Below, piece after piece: positions 1 to 14,900 of a DNA stretch of 64,000 bases. How positions within the stretch are numbered: the stretch's first letter is position 1; each line of letters begins with the position of its first letter. The notes under the pieces are model-generated. The model had not been told where the DNA came from, did no database searches, and saw only the letters and a list, made by a program, of their open reading frames with translations. Position numbers and translations under genes: made by a program. The DNA comes from Octopus vulgaris (Eukaryota): contig OX597835.1 in the NCBI GenBank assembly GCA_951406725.2, positions 5,022,001 through 5,086,000 of the forward strand. The letters run 5' to 3'.

Positions 1-269
1 AGGCAAAGTTGACCTCGGTGAAATTTGAGCTCCGAACGTAGCAACAGACGAAATACCACTAAGCATTTCATCTGGCGTACTAATTATTCTGCCACCTCAC
101 CATCTTAGGTAAAGTTTAATAATGCAAAAACTAAAAGCATTTCCTTAATTTGCAGTGATAGGCTCGAGTCCTCTTATGAGACTGATGAAGATAACAAGAA
201 ATTACTTCAGTTCTCAAATTCAGGTTAGAGTATCCTGTTATATTTTGGCAAATATGTGCTAGTGGATCG

Positions 270-705
270 CTAAGAGCACAATCCGAGTGTGATCATTGCC
301 AGAGCAGCTAACTGGCTTCTGTGCTGGTGGCATGTAAAAAGCACCATTTGAGCGTGATTGTTACCAGCGTCGCCTTACTGGCACTTGTGCCGGTGGCATG
401 TGAAAAAACATTCGAGCAAGGTCATTGCCAGTACCGCTGGACTGGCTCCTGTGCAGGTGGCATGTGAAAAACACCATTTGAGTGTGGCTATTGCTAGTAC
501 TGCCTGACTGGGCCTTGTGCCGGTGGCATGTAAAAGCACCCACTACACTCTCGGAGTGGTTGGCATTAGGAAGGGCATCCAGCTGTAGAAACTCTGCCAG
601 ATCAAGATTGTAGCCTGGTGCAGCCAGCTGGTTTGCCAGTCCTCAGTAAAATTGTCCAACCCATGATAGCAGGGAAAGCAGACATTAAATGATGATGATG
701 ATGAG
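270..705 (+). mobile_element. RTE 3'-UTR-type interspersed repeat with (GAT)n tail; other copies ~1050(-), 9915(-), 11095(-), 11725(-), 13140(+), 23135(+), 28757(-), 31358(+), 37990(+), 48495(-), 48930(+)
   Basis: Shared GGTGGCAYGTAAAAAGCACC subrepeats and AAGGGCATCCAGCTGTAGAAAC...GACGTTAAATGATGATGAT end. Confidence 0.85.
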
Positions 706-1400
706 GATGTGTTCTTAAAGACTGTGACATGTCAAAGGGTCCAAATTAAATAGCAGCTGTAAAATGAAATATTTTGATGTATTCCAGTTCATCATTGGTT
801 TTATTATTGAACTTAGAGGCTTAATATTTTCTCTGTTCCTTAATATATTCCTTAAAGCTATTTCATCCTTTACTTTTCAGAACTCAATGATTTCAGTATT
901 TTTTCACACATAAATACTTAACTGATATTAAAAAACCTAAACTCAAACTGTCCTCAAACTTTTTACCTTCTAAAATCTTTCATCTATATCAGTTACATGA
1001 TATGGATGATTCCTGTTTTGAAGAAGGGAATAAAAGAAGCGGAGACTAACAAATGTGAACACCATCTTCATCATCATTGTTTAACGTCCACCTTCTATGC
1101 TGGCGTGGGTTGGACGATATGACAGGAGCACCAGGTGAGGTCAGTTTTGGTGTGGTTTTTACAGCTGGATGCCTCCCAAACATCAACCACTTAACAGTGT
1201 GGACTGGATGTTTTTTACAGGTACCAGCCCTGGTAGGATCACCAAGGATCACCTGGCAGGGTCACAAGACAAGGAATCTTTGAAAGGGGAGGGAGCACTG
1301 GAGGAAGAGATCTTGTGTCAGATGATGAAAGATTTGAGTGTGACAGAGACAGAGGAACAGAGACAGATGTCTTGTTGTAGAGGAGATACATGGTTACCCA

Positions 1401-1442
<42 letters not shown>

Positions 1443-1734
1443 TAGAAAGCGAGGGAGAGAAAGAGAGAGAGAGTTAGAAAAAAAAGAAGGAAGAAATAGG
1501 TGTGTTTCTGTAAAGGAGATACATGGTGACCTAGCCAAAGGGGGAGAGCAAGAGAGAGAGCGATCAAGAAGGAGTGCAGAAACAGGTGTGCTGCTGTAGA
1601 GAAGATACATGGTTACCCAGAGAGAGAGAGAGGTGGGAGGAGAGGGAAAACCTACAAATAATTACTGTTTTACTCTTGCCTTTTACTGAGCTTTTACTTA
1701 ATTCCTTAAATTATTCTCTAAAACTTTTATCTAG

Positions 1735-1827
1735 GTATTCTGCGCCCTTGAAGCCTGTGATGTTTCAAAATGCCCCAACCAAATGAGTCCACTTGTAAAG
1801 AGTAATGTCTTCATCCTTGAGCTTCAG
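1735..1827 (+). CDS. Module 1 exon ([31 protein letters not shown]), Ig-like C-terminal part
   Basis: ctag|GTA...CAG|gtaag; 93 nt, same length as paralogous exons 23976 and 51536. Confidence 0.85.
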
Positions 1828-4446
1828 GTAAGTTGAGCAATTCTTCTTATAAATGTTTAATTCTTCAGATTGTGTTGCCAAGCTAACAAGTAGTGTAGAG
1901 GATAATGACTCCTTACTTGTTTTTCTAAAATGCACCAAAAATGTTCAATAATATTGAGATCTGGGGACTGTGGTGACCAGATAAGATGTTCGACTTCCCT
2001 AGAATGTTCCTCGTGCTATTCAGTAACAGCTTTAACTGTGTGAATTGGTGCATTATTATCCAGAAAGATTGGGTTTCCCTCCGGAAACAGTTCCGCAACC
2101 ATAGGATGAATTTGATGAGATAAAATGCTTAAATAGTCTTGACTGTTAATTCTGCTATGAAGGGAAACCATTGGGTTAGAAGATTTCCAAGATACCGACC
2201 CCACCCCAGATCATCACAGATCATCCTCCATGTTTAACAGTTGGAAGAAGGCAGTCTAGATCAAATACCTCTTTTGGCTGTCTTCATATGTATACTTGGC
2301 TGGTGGTCGGAAATAAGGTAAATGATGACTCATCCAAGAAAATAAGTCTTCCACTGCTCTAGGGACCAATTCTGTAGGTTTTTACTCCACTCTAAACACT
2401 TTGCAACGTTTGCTTTTGAAAATAGTAGTTTTCTGATTGCAGCCCTCCCATGAAATCCGGCTTTGTGCTGCTCCTCGTAAATAGTTTTTGAGGAAACTGG
2501 GTTCTTGAGTTGGTCATTAAGCTCTGCGGTAATTTTGGGAGCTGTACTTTTGTGATCCTTTCTAACAATTCATGTCCGATGGTCCCTATCTGAAAGTTTT
2601 GGTTTTCTTCCAGAGTTTTGTTTCAACTATGAGGTTTTTCCCCTCTTTCTCAAAAGCTTTTATTATTTTTGAGACAGTACTTCTTGATATACCAAATATT
2701 TTGGCTGTTTTTTTATGCCAGTGCCTGCCATACAAGAACCAACAATTTGACCCTTTTGAAAGTCCAATAGACCTGTCATTTTAATGAATTTTAATTACTT
2801 TTTTCTGATGATATGTGAAAAGAAACAGCAGTTTTAGCAAAACATATTAAGCAGCACTAATAATAGATCAAAAAACATGGAAATAAGCAAGCTTTTGACG
2901 GTTTTATAGATATCTCAAAATTATGAAGCTAGGTGTTTCCATTATTTTGACCAACCCCTGTGTTTATAACTCAACTTTTTAAAACCACATCTTACCAATT
3001 TCCCACACAAATCCTCAGCAACACAGCTTGCATTATTCAACTGAAAATGCTTGTTAATGTGACAGTAATTATTCCAAAAACTATGGCAATGCACAATAAA
3101 ACAAGGCCACACGAGGAATTAAACAACACTGAACCTTTTCAGGAGACATTCCTAGATTGGTAGCATCCTTGCAAGTCTGTCATAAGTGAAAGCATTGTCT
3201 CTTCATTGTGTTGGTGGCCTGACATCGTCATTCCTGAAAATACTTACAATAAAAGAATCCTCTATTTCATTTCAAAGACAATAAAGCTATCAAGCCCACA
3301 TCTGAATGTGGAAACAGCCAGGTTCTTGCAATAAGAAAACATAATCTCTAAACACAAATTAATTTTAGCGTCTTTCATACTGGCCACTCTGGTATAAACA
3401 TCGGTAGTTCTCATATAAGTTCTGATCATTCAGATGTGAAGGCAGCACTGTGTTTTTGTATACATATATACAGAAGCATAAAATATCATCATGCAGAATT
3501 TTGATCAGTTGTATTATTTCATTGATTTTACTTATTAAACTGCTGGATCAAGTTGACTTCTTTATCTTTCATTTTTTTTTTTTTTTGTTATCAAACAAGC
3601 TGATGAATACAGAAATGGTCAACGTTGAAGAAGGTGGACCTTCTCAGATGATTGGAGTACAAAGCACATTCCCACCCTTCTTAATATGTGATCAGAGTAT
3701 CAAAGAAGATGAATGCTTCTTAGAATTGGCTATAAGCACTATGAGTCAACCAAGTAATGTCAAGTGCCCAGGCTCAAAGAAAATAATTCTACAAGTCGCA
3801 GCAAAATGGCAGAGCACCAATAAGTTAATTGCAAGTTGTTTCAAAACACTGACCTTCTTCAATTGGAGGGTTACACACCAAATTGAGGTCAAAGCCACAG
3901 TGGACAATATCCGAGACAAAGATCATATACAAGAAATTGAGATACTGCTTAAGAACCAAAATTCAACTCAAATAAACAGAACGTCTATAGGAAAAGTAAA
4001 GGTATGTCTTAATATTATTCATGATTTATTTTTCAAATCAATTTATGTTCTTGGTATGTTTTAGACATTTAACACCTGCTTTTGCTTCAGTAGCAAAACT
4101 CAAACAGTACATTTCCATCTTTCATAATACATACCCTATACAGCAAGCCCTTGCAAAACGTCTGGCTTGCTCTTACTTGGAACAGCTCATATAAAACAAA
4201 GTAACAGCAACAACTATAATGGTTTCAAAGTTTTCCACAAGGGCAGCAGTTTTGCGGGAGGGGACGAGTTGATTACAGTGGTCCCAGTGTTCAATTGGTA
4301 CTTATTTTATGGACCTAGAGAGGATGAAAGGCGACCTTGGCAGAATTTGAACTTAGAACGTAATGATGGATGAAATGCCACTAAGTATCTTCCCCAGCAT
4401 GCTATCGATTCTGTCAGCTCACCACCTTAAGAACAACAACAACAAC

Positions 4447-4487
<41 letters not shown>

Positions 4488-7400
4488 TAATAATGATGAT
4501 GATTATGGTGATAATTTCTTTTATTTGCCACCAGGGTGAAGGATGTTTGCGATAATACAAAGATAGACATGAAATGTGGGAGTTTACATATAATGAAATG
4601 ATAAAACACACACACACATACACACATGACGGGCTTCTTTCAGTTTCCATCTACCAAATCCACTCACAAGGCTTTGGTCAGCCCATGGCTTGCCTGAGGT
4701 GCTACACAGTGGGACTGAACTCAGAACTATGTGGGATGAGGGGGGATAGCAATCTTCTTACCACTCAGGTATGCCTGTAGGCATATACGAGGTCTGATCA
4801 ATAAGTACCTGGACTATTGTCATAGTAACGCAGCTAAAGCACACAGAGTGAAGCTGCTTGGCACACATTAACTTTGTACTCTGTTGTGCCTGAACACTAA
4901 GTTTTAACGTTCTAGCTCACTTATGCTGTTTACAGCAGTGCTCTGAAGTAGCATGTGTAGCGTGTTATTATTGCATGGACCATGACAGAGAAAGTCATCA
5001 TGGTAATACTTGCTCAGAGGCCTACACAAAGTTGCAGAAAGTGTATGGAAAGGAGTGCATAAACTACACAGAAGAAGTATAAGGCTAAAGTTTATGGTAA
5101 AATCATAGATGAACTCTAAAATTGGAGAAATAACTTGTGGTGGCCTGAGTTGGCAGTGAGTCTTTAGCAGTTACATGAATCCAAATTGATTTATAGACTC
5201 GGCTTTCTACACTACTCATTGCAACATATATAACATAACATTATACCAAAATAATTTTGTAATAGACATATTAAAGAAAACTTTGAAGTTTAGTCAAATT
5301 ATAGGAATTATGTGAAGTGTTATTAATGTACTTATTTTTGGTGTTTCTTGAATTGTTGTCATTGCTTTTTTTTTTAAATTTCAGGTGAAAGCTATTGACA
5401 CAGATAAAATGGCTTTGTGTAAGTCATTGAATGATCCCCATCTCACCACTTTTGATGGAACGTAAGTATTTGAAGCTTTATAATTCATTGTCACTTTAAC
5501 CCTTTCATTACCAACCTGGCTGAAACTGGCCCTGGCTCTGAGTACAAATGTCTTGTTTTCATAAGTTTTGAATTAAAATCTTCCACCAAACCTCAGTCAC
5601 AATTTATGTTCCGAACACATAACTAAGTTATTTTACTAAATTCTTTGTTGTATTTAAAGTAATTGAAAGAAACACAGAGCATCTCAAAATAAATACAGTA
5701 ACAAAAAGGTTAAGTCATGGATGGTCAAGAAAGATAGGTTATTCAGTTAAGAAGTGATTACTGGTCAGGTAGCCAGGATCAGTGAAGGCACATGGTTTAG
5801 TGGTTAGGGTGTTTGGCTCATAATCGTAAAGTCGTGAGTTCAATTTCTGGTGTCATGTTGTATCCTCAAGCAGGTACTTTATTTCATGTTGTTTCAGTTC
5901 ACTCAGCTGGCAACAATGAGTAATACCTGTAATATTCTGTGTCATGCTGAATCTCCCTGAGAAGTATGTTAAAGGTATGCAAGTCTGTGGTGTACTCAGC
6001 AGGCTGTTCTGTGGATTGGATCAACTGGAACCTTCATGATCATAACTGACAGGGTTCTAGTATTCTTTTACTTGTTTTAGTCATTTGACTGCGGCCATGC
6101 TGGAGCACCACCTTTAGTCGAGCAAATCGACCCCGGGACTTATTCTTTGTAAGCCCAGTACTTATTCTATCGGTCTCTTTTGCCAAACCGCTAAGTGACG
6201 GGGACGTAAACACACCAGCATCGGTTGCCAAGCAATGCTAGGGGGACAAACACAGACACACAAACACACACACACACATACATATATATATACATATATA
6301 CGATGGGCTTCTTTCAGTTTCCGTCTACCAAATCCACTCACAAGGCATTGGTCGGCCCGGGGCTATAGCAGAAGACACTTGCCCAAGATGCCACGCAGTG
6401 GGATTGAACCCGGAACCATGTGGTTGGTTAGCAAGCTACTTACCACACAGCCACTCCCGCGCCTATATAAGTCAGGATTAAGTTATAGTCTGCCTCAAGT
6501 TTACAACCTCATTAGATCTCAGTCTCCAAAGTGTTGATCTCAGTCTCCAAAGTGACTGTGTGTTGAAGACATCTTGCAGATAATCCATCACAAGATTAAC
6601 ACAAGGAAGATTAGCTTCCTCCTGCTGCTGCTGTTGCCGCCACCACCGCCAGTAGTTTCCCAGCCGAATAGAACAATGTAAGATGGAATGCTGTCTGTAG
6701 TCAAAGACACAACTTAATTCCCTGCTTGGGAATCAAATGCATTATCTTACAATTGTGACCCTTGGACCCTAACTATTTAAGCATGCACCTTCACAATTAA
6801 TTAAATGTTATTGTCATTCCTTTAATGAATCATGTTGCTTCCTAATAAACATGACAAGATTCAACAAAAGATGGATTACTATACGAAACAGCTTTCCACA
6901 GTAAATAGTAATACATTTGAAAATATGAAAATTTGAAAATTTGATTTTTGTATTAAAAGTTTGAAAGGCTGTTTTTTTTTTTTCTTTCACAAGTTACTAC
7001 AACAACTTCTTTGAAGGCCCTTTCAATCTCTATTCACATACAACCCTCCCATATGGTGTAAGTATGATACTTTACTTTTTTATCAATTTTGACTCTTACT
7101 AATCTTATGCTTTTACTTGTAAAACTGAGCATTGAACAATGAAATTCAAATTTGACCAAGTGCTACTAAGGTCTACTTTTCCAGGGTTATCCCAAATAAA
7201 AAAAAAATTGCATTCCAGATTTTTAAGAAATATCATTTACAGAATCTGTACTAATGTTTGAGCACTTTTTCAAATATGTTATAAATAATTTCTTTAAAAA
7301 TAAACAGCCTTTGCAACAATGTAAGGAACAATTTTCTCCTGGAGTTTTCTAAATTTTTGCCTTTAAAACATTTTTTTTCAAATTTATTATGCAATGTGCT

Positions 7401-7640
7401 CTAGTCATTCCAAACCCTTTGTACAGGTTTTTTTTCTTTTTTGTTAAATCTTTATTCCTCTGTGAAGTTGAAAAGAACCCTTGACTATTATTCTGTGCTG
7501 CAAGGATCATTAAATGCAACCAGTTAAGGACTGTGATTGATTTAACTGACTTTTTATTTCTCCCAAAATGTGAGGGGTTATGGCAATGTTAGAAATTGTT
7601 TACATAGAGAGAGAATGAAAAAATAAGGAGAGTGATGCAT

Positions 7641-7687
<47 letters not shown>

Positions 7688-10600
7688 AATACTCACACAT
7701 ACATATACATACAGACATGCACACATAGACACATATATAGAGGAGTGAGTGATGGAAGGGAAAGGGGAGTATGATAGATAGTTGACAGAACAAAACTACC
7801 TTCTGGTATTTAGTTCCATGTCTGCAACATCCCAAGACTCCAAACCACTTTGCCTTTGTTTTCCTTACAAGACTGATAAAATACCAGGAAGGGAAAATAC
7901 TGGAATCAACTTAAGTGGGTAAAATCTATAAAGACATTTCAGTTCCTAAAAGAGAACAAAAAATTAAAGCAGCAATGGTAAGAAATATAAAATAAAATGT
8001 CAAATGTCAACTTTTATTTTAGGTGCAAGCATTTTATAGAAAATGTGGAGCCAGAAGTGGTGCTTCCTGCAACTGTGCTGCTGCCATTAGATCTGGAGAT
8101 GATGTAATTGTGTTTGATAGATGTGGTTTCTCTAAAAATTCCAAGAAAGCTAACAAGAAATTGGATATCAAGCTGTTTTTAAATAAAGAATTGACAGAAG
8201 GAACGCATATTGTTAAGAAGAACAATGGCAGAGAATACAGGGTAAGGCTTCAAGTTTTCAACTGAATAACATAATTTTTATTCCTAAAGAGAAAGCAAAA
8301 TTAAGCTTGGAGAGAAGTTCGTTTGGTTGTTTATGAGACATCAGACAAAAAATGCTGTTGCTGCGTTGTTTTAATACACCTGAAATCAGCTGTGGTCTAA
8401 TAGAAATGTGATCAAAGGAATTCCAATCATTACTGTGTCTGTCTCTCAGTCATTTTATTCAATGTGACTTTTTTCAAGACAGTATGTTGAGTTTTTAGGG
8501 AGACTTTAGTTGCTACATTTAGTGGATCAAGTGACCCGCAGGGAGGCTCTGTCATCCACTCTAAGTCATACTATATATATTCCGTACAATATCTATCTTA
8601 TTTTCAGATTGATGTCATGTATTTAAAATTAAGGTAATTATGATCAAGTGAAGGTGCATGGCTCAGTGGTAAGAGCGTTGAGCTTACGATCATGAGGTTG
8701 TGAGTTCGACTCACGGACCGGGCCGTGTGTTGTGTTCTTGAGCAAGGCACTTTATTTCATGTTGCTCCAGTTCACTCAGCTGTAGAAATGAGTTGCGACG
8801 TCACTGGTGCCAAGCTGTATCGACCTTTGTCTTTCCCTTGGATAACACTGGTGGCGTGGAGAGGGGAGGCCGGTGTGCATGGGCGACTGCTGGCCTTCCA
8901 TAAAGAACCTTGCCCGGACTTGTGTCTAGGAGGGTAACTTTCTAGGTGCAATCCCATGGTCATTCATGACCGAAGGGGGTCTTTACCTTTTATGATAAAG
9001 ACCATCAGGGAGAACTATTTCTTCAAAATCTGCTTTCATGTTCCTGACCAAACCAGATATATTTGAAGATTGTAAAAGAAGAAGGAAAATTACAGAATGC
9101 AAATCTTAAGAATGTTTGTTTTCTGATTATTTCAACAATAGCAGCCAAAGTGTTCTGCACGTTGTACTGGTTTTACTGATTCAAAATATCTACTGTACCC
9201 TGGAGATATCTACTGTACTCTGGAGACATCAACTGTGCTCTGGAGATATCTACTGTACTCTGGAGACATCTACTGTGCTCTGGAGATATCTACTGTACTC
9301 TGGAGATATCCATGGTACTCAGGAAATATCCACATCAGAGCATCAAGTCATCCAACAGGGCATTTCATTTGACATTCTAACGACTCAGCCAGTCCATCTC
9401 TTTTATCCTAAAACTAAATATCATCTGTGGATGCATTCGATTTGTTTCCTATGTATTGCATAGAATTATCTCCTAGAGATCTCTGATGGGTATACGTTGG
9501 TTTAACATTCTCAATCTTGGTTTCAGGTTTACTTACCGACAGGCACAATTGTAATTATACAACTTAGTTGGAGAAACTTCATAAATATTCAAATACAGGC
9601 TTCTACTCTGGACTACAATAATACCATTGGTAACTATAATCTTTCCTACTATTTCAATTGACTTATAAAACAAGTTTATTTCACTCTAGACAATATTTCT
9701 TATAAAATACACAGCTCGTATGGTTCAATTAACTGAGGAAACAGTCAAAACTTTTGAAGTATTTAGTAAAATAATTTTTCCATTATTCATTTGCTGTTTT
9801 CGCAATATACAGTGATGATGGATGGTTTTTCCTTTAAGTGTAAAACATTTAATTCAAGAGTTTATCTACTGAAGAACCAGAGATGGTCTTAGGCAAACTG
9901 GCAGAGTTTCTAATCTTCATCTGGCAGAGTTTCTACAGCTGGATGCCCTTCCTAACGCCAACCACTCTGAGAGTGCAGTGAGTGCTTTTACATGCCACCA
10001 GCATGAGGGCCAGTCAGGCGGTACTGGAAATGGCCATGCTCAAATGGTGTTTTTTACATGCCATCTGCATAGGAGTCAGTCCAGCAGCACTGGCAATGAC
10101 CTCACTGGAATTTTTTTTGTTTTTTTTTTTTTTGGGCAACGACCTCGCTTGAATGGTTTTTTTTTTTTTTAGAATATCCAAATTAAATTTTGAAATCCAC
10201 AAACTAATCAATGGTATCTAAAAATCCCTCTTATGTACAAATGAAACAGCTATGTGGGTCTAAATTAAGTATTTTCTCTTCACTAATTAGCAGTGATCTT
10301 ATCTAGAAATTGTCTTTTTAAATTTCCAGGTTTATGTGGCTCTTTTGATGGCAATGCAACAAATGATTTAACAACAAGCGACAACAGAATCATTAAACAT
10401 TCCTTATTTCCCAATAATTTCTCACTTTCATGGCGGTAAGAGAGTTTTCTGTCTTTAGTTTTGTCTGTTCTTTTTCAATTCTTTTTAATACTTTATTAAT
10501 ATTTTTTAAAATATAGGCAAAGGCGCAGGAGTGGCTGTGTGGTAAGTAGCTTGCTAACCAACCACATGGTTCCGGGTTCAGTCCGACTGCGTGGCATCTT

Positions 10601-11571
10601 GGGCAAGTGTCTTCTGCTATAGCCCCGGGCCGACCAATGCCTTGTGAGAGGATTTGGTAGACGGAAACTGAAAGAAGCCTGTCGTATATATATATATATG
10701 TATGTATGTGTGTGTTTGTGTGTCTGTGTTTGTACCCCTAGCATTGCTTGACAACCGATGCTGGTGTGTTTACATCCCCGTCACTTAGCGGTTCGGCAAA
10801 AGAGACTGATAGAATAAGTACTGGGCTTACAAAGAATAAGTCCCGGGGTCGATTTGCTCAACAAAAGGCGGTGCTCCAGCATGGCCGCAGTCAAATGACT
10901 GAAACAAGTTAAAGAGTAAAAAAAAGAGTAAAAGAGTATAGGTGTGGTTGTGTGGTGCAGAAGCTTGCTTTCCACCCATGTGGTCGTCAGTTCAGTGTCT
11001 TCTACTATAGTGCTGAGCCAACCAAGCCCTGCAAGTAGATTTGGAAAATGGAAGAATGAAAGAAGCCTGTTGTATATATATATATATATCATCACCATCA
11101 TCATCATACGTCCGTTTTCCATGCTAGCATGGGCTGGACAGTTCGACCAGGGTCTGAGAAGCCAGGAGGCTGCACCAGGCTCTAGTCTGATCTGGCAGTG
11201 TTTCTAGAGCTGGATGCCCTTCCTAACACCAACCACTCTGTGTATGTAATGAGTGCTTTTTATGTGCCACTGGCACAGGTGTCAGGGGAGGCTGGCAGCA
11301 GCCATGATCAGTTGGTGCTTTTTACGTGCCACTAGATCGATTCTACATAGGCTGATATGATTGTAGTAATTAATAAAGATTCTCATATCTTCCATCTTCC
11401 ATCTCTCTCATTAATTACAATGAACACTAAGCCAGTGAACATGCTTTATCAGTAAACTACCAGATGTACACCATACAATTTATTAAACACCATAATACTA
11501 TATATGTACATATGTATACATATATATATGTGCATATACATATATACATATATATACATACATATATATAC

Positions 11572-11620
<49 letters not shown>

Positions 11621-11629
11621 TATATACAT

Positions 11630-11669
<40 letters not shown>

Positions 11670-11904
11670 TCATCATCATCGTCATTTAACGTCCGCTTAA
11701 AACAAGTCTTATATATATATATATATCATCATCATCATCATACGTCCGTTTTCCATGTTACCATGGGCTGGACAGTTCGACCAGGGTCTGAGAAGCCAGG
11801 AGGCTGCACCAGGCTCCAGTCTGATCTGGCAGTGTTTCTACAGCTGGACGCCCTTCCTAACGCCAACCACTCTGTGTATGTAATGAGTGCTTTTTATGTG
11901 TCAG

Positions 11905-11936
<32 letters not shown>

Positions 11937-14900
11937 TCATTCTCTCATGAGAGCACCTTCTACTGATGTCAAATTGTTTCAAAAAAATCAAAATAAGTAT
12001 AATGCTATGTAATTGATTTGGTCATCCTCTCTGGTCCGTCCATCCATTCATCAATCCATCTATCTTTCTTTGCTTTCTTTCAGAGTAAACCAAAGTGATT
12101 CACTCTATGCTGGAATTTGTTTAGGCAATTCTGAAGAAGAAGAACAAGAAGAAGAAGAAAAGATCTGCAGTTGCATGGATGGTCAAGAAATGTGTTTTTC
12201 CAGCCAGGCCACTTCTTCGTGTAGTCAGGGAGGTGACTTAATTACAGGTAAAAACTGTGTTTTATTCATTTGGAGCCTATAATTGTACAACCACCATCCT
12301 CATCCCAATCTAAAAAAAAAAGTAGGATCCAAGAAAGGTAAACACTGTACAATGTTTGAATTACCCAAACCAACTTGATACACGGCCAAATTCCCAATAC
12401 AGTAGGAATTGGTAAATTCCATTTTAAAATCCAGTCAAATTAGGATGGCTAATCAGAATAAAGAATGGTCATTTGTAGATTCTTTACAAATGACTGATCC
12501 CAGATCGAGCTATTTTAGGTATTTAGATTTTTATTTATTTATTTATTTAAATAATAGATGTGGCCCTTCAAACCATTGGTGATTCCAAGGGGAATCAATG
12601 GGAAATCATTTAAACATGTTCAAGAGTAACATTATGAAAAATATTATGTAGTTTCTGATAATCCTTTCTACTACAAGAATAAGGCCCAAAATATTTCAAG
12701 AGGAGTCGAGTCTACTACATTGGTGCCAGTGCTCAAATGGTACTTATTGAATTGGTCCCAAAAGGCTGAAAGGTGGAGATGACCTCAGCAGAATTTGAAT
12801 TCAGAACAATACAGGAAAAAATACAGCTTAATATTTTGTCCCATGATCTAATGATTCTGTCAGCTCACTGCAAGGAGGTGAGTCTCAAATGAGGGTCCCA
12901 GGTCCTTAATCACCAGATGGTAATGGTCATATAATGATGATTTCAAATTTTGGTACAAGGTCAGCAATTTTGAGGAAGGCGATAAGTTGTTTACATTGAC
13001 CTCAGTGGTACTTATTTTATCAACCCCAAAAGATGAAAAGCAATGTCAGCCTCGGCAGAATTTGGACTTGGAATGTAAAGACATGAATTGCTGCTAAGCA
13101 TTTTGCCCAGCATGGGAACGATTCTTATTTCTACAGCTGGATGCCCTTCCTAACTACACTCACGGATAGGAAGGGCATCCAGCTGTAGAAACACTGCCAG
13201 ATCAGACTGGAGCCTGGTGCAGCCTTCTGGCTTCCCAGATCCCCGGTCAAACCGTCCAACCCATGCTAGCATGGAGAACGGACGTTAAATGATGATGATG
13301 ATGATTTCTTTACTGCCCACAAGGAGCTAAACATAGAGGGGACAAACAAGGACAGACAAAGGAATTAAGTCGATTACATCGACCCCAGTGCATAACTGGT
13401 ACTTAATTTATCGACCCCACAAAGGATGAAAGGTAAAGTCGACCTCGGCAGAATTTGAACTCAGAACATAGCAGCAAATGAAATACCACTAAGCATTTCA
13501 CCCAGCGTGCTAACGTTTCTGCCAGCTCGCTACCTTTGGTCATACAATATTGGTATTAGATTCAAAGATCAACAATTCTTGCCATTGTCCTTAATTTTCA
13601 TCTGTTTCTATCTATTAGTTTCCAGTTAATCTCATTTTAGCCAATATGTCTGTGTGTTTTTATACAGAGCCCGAGTGTGGAACCCTAGTTTAGACACTAA
13701 TCATTTTCTCATGTTCAGAGAAGGACGTCAACATCCATAAAAAAGCTATTGATTAATGGGTTGACACTGTGATGTTCCAGTAAATTGAAACTGAATGTAA
13801 AGAATAAGACAAGGAGAAGAATAACCTGATCTTTGACACACAGTGACAATGCTAACATTTTGTGTTACCATTCTTGTCATGTCTGGTTGCTTGATTACTC
13901 AGAGTTTGATCTGATATCTGATAAACTACAAAAGATAGGAAGTCACATGATAAGGCTCTACTGGAATCATGTAGTTCTGGGTCAGACCATAGTACCTTGC
14001 ATGAGTGTTTTCAACCAGACTCCCTTGTGTTAAGCAATTCCTTAGGAGGTGAGGGTCAGTCAGATATCATAGAAAGTCTTCTATTTACATACATAACAGG
14101 TATTTTGTTGTATTGGTCTCAGTAAGATAAAGCTCACTAAAAAAGACGTGTCTTGAAATGTGGACCCAGATATGTCAAGGTCAATTAAACAGCAGATGTC
14201 ACATAATAACAAATGAATTTGGTGTAAAGTTATTTCTCTGTTTGAAAACTACGACATTAAATTGCTTTTCTTTTCTAATGTTTTTGTTGTTCAGGTTTAG
14301 GAAAAAATATTCTAAAAGATGTCCAGATCATCTCCCTCAACTCCAACTGTTCAAAAGAAAACCGTTCGGTTTTTGAATACGACAAAGATTTTCAACACAA
14401 GGTACTGTAACTTACAGCTTTCATTTTTATTTTTAAACATAATACAAAATATAAACATTTGAGATTCATAAAAGAGAAGAGACTGAAATCCTTTTGGTAA
14501 AGTTCCTACTTATTCCACCTCATGTCATAACATGCGCCTCTTTTGGTTCTTATTCCCTCAGTGATTGATGTGGAAATAGACAATTGCCTCTATCAGTTCT
14601 TGTCAATACCATTATGGAACTATAGTGTTTCGCTAGTCTACCAAAGACGAAGGTTAGTTGGCTACATTAGAGGTGATAGGTGTAGTTAAATTTGATATTG
14701 TTATATCTTTTTTAACATTAAGGCCTGTGTGGTTGAGATTACGAGATGAACTCTTTGCAATCTTTAAGGTTTGAATTTATTTATAGTTGAATCCAATTTA
14801 CCTCACTTGTATCATAAATTCCCATAAGGAAAAACTGAACGGTACATAACTTCTGTCATAGGAAGTTAAGAAGTTTATGAAATACTACAACTCAACATCC

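Noticed and set aside
361-543. Recurrent ORFs such as MGAFTCHRH... and MLGGQTQTH...
   Set aside because: They recur because they are translations of RTE-UTR and SINE copies, not a protein family.
9186-9320. Regular 20-bp repeats resembling a CRISPR array
   Set aside because: No unique spacers, no cas genes, and located in a eukaryotic intron; it is a minisatellite.
14615-14675. Minus-strand CTAATGT...GAAAC hammerhead-like remnant (similar weak cases at 41745-41785 and 51840-51885)
   Set aside because: The core has two or more mismatches and the stems are poor. These may be decayed Penelope ends but cannot be supported.
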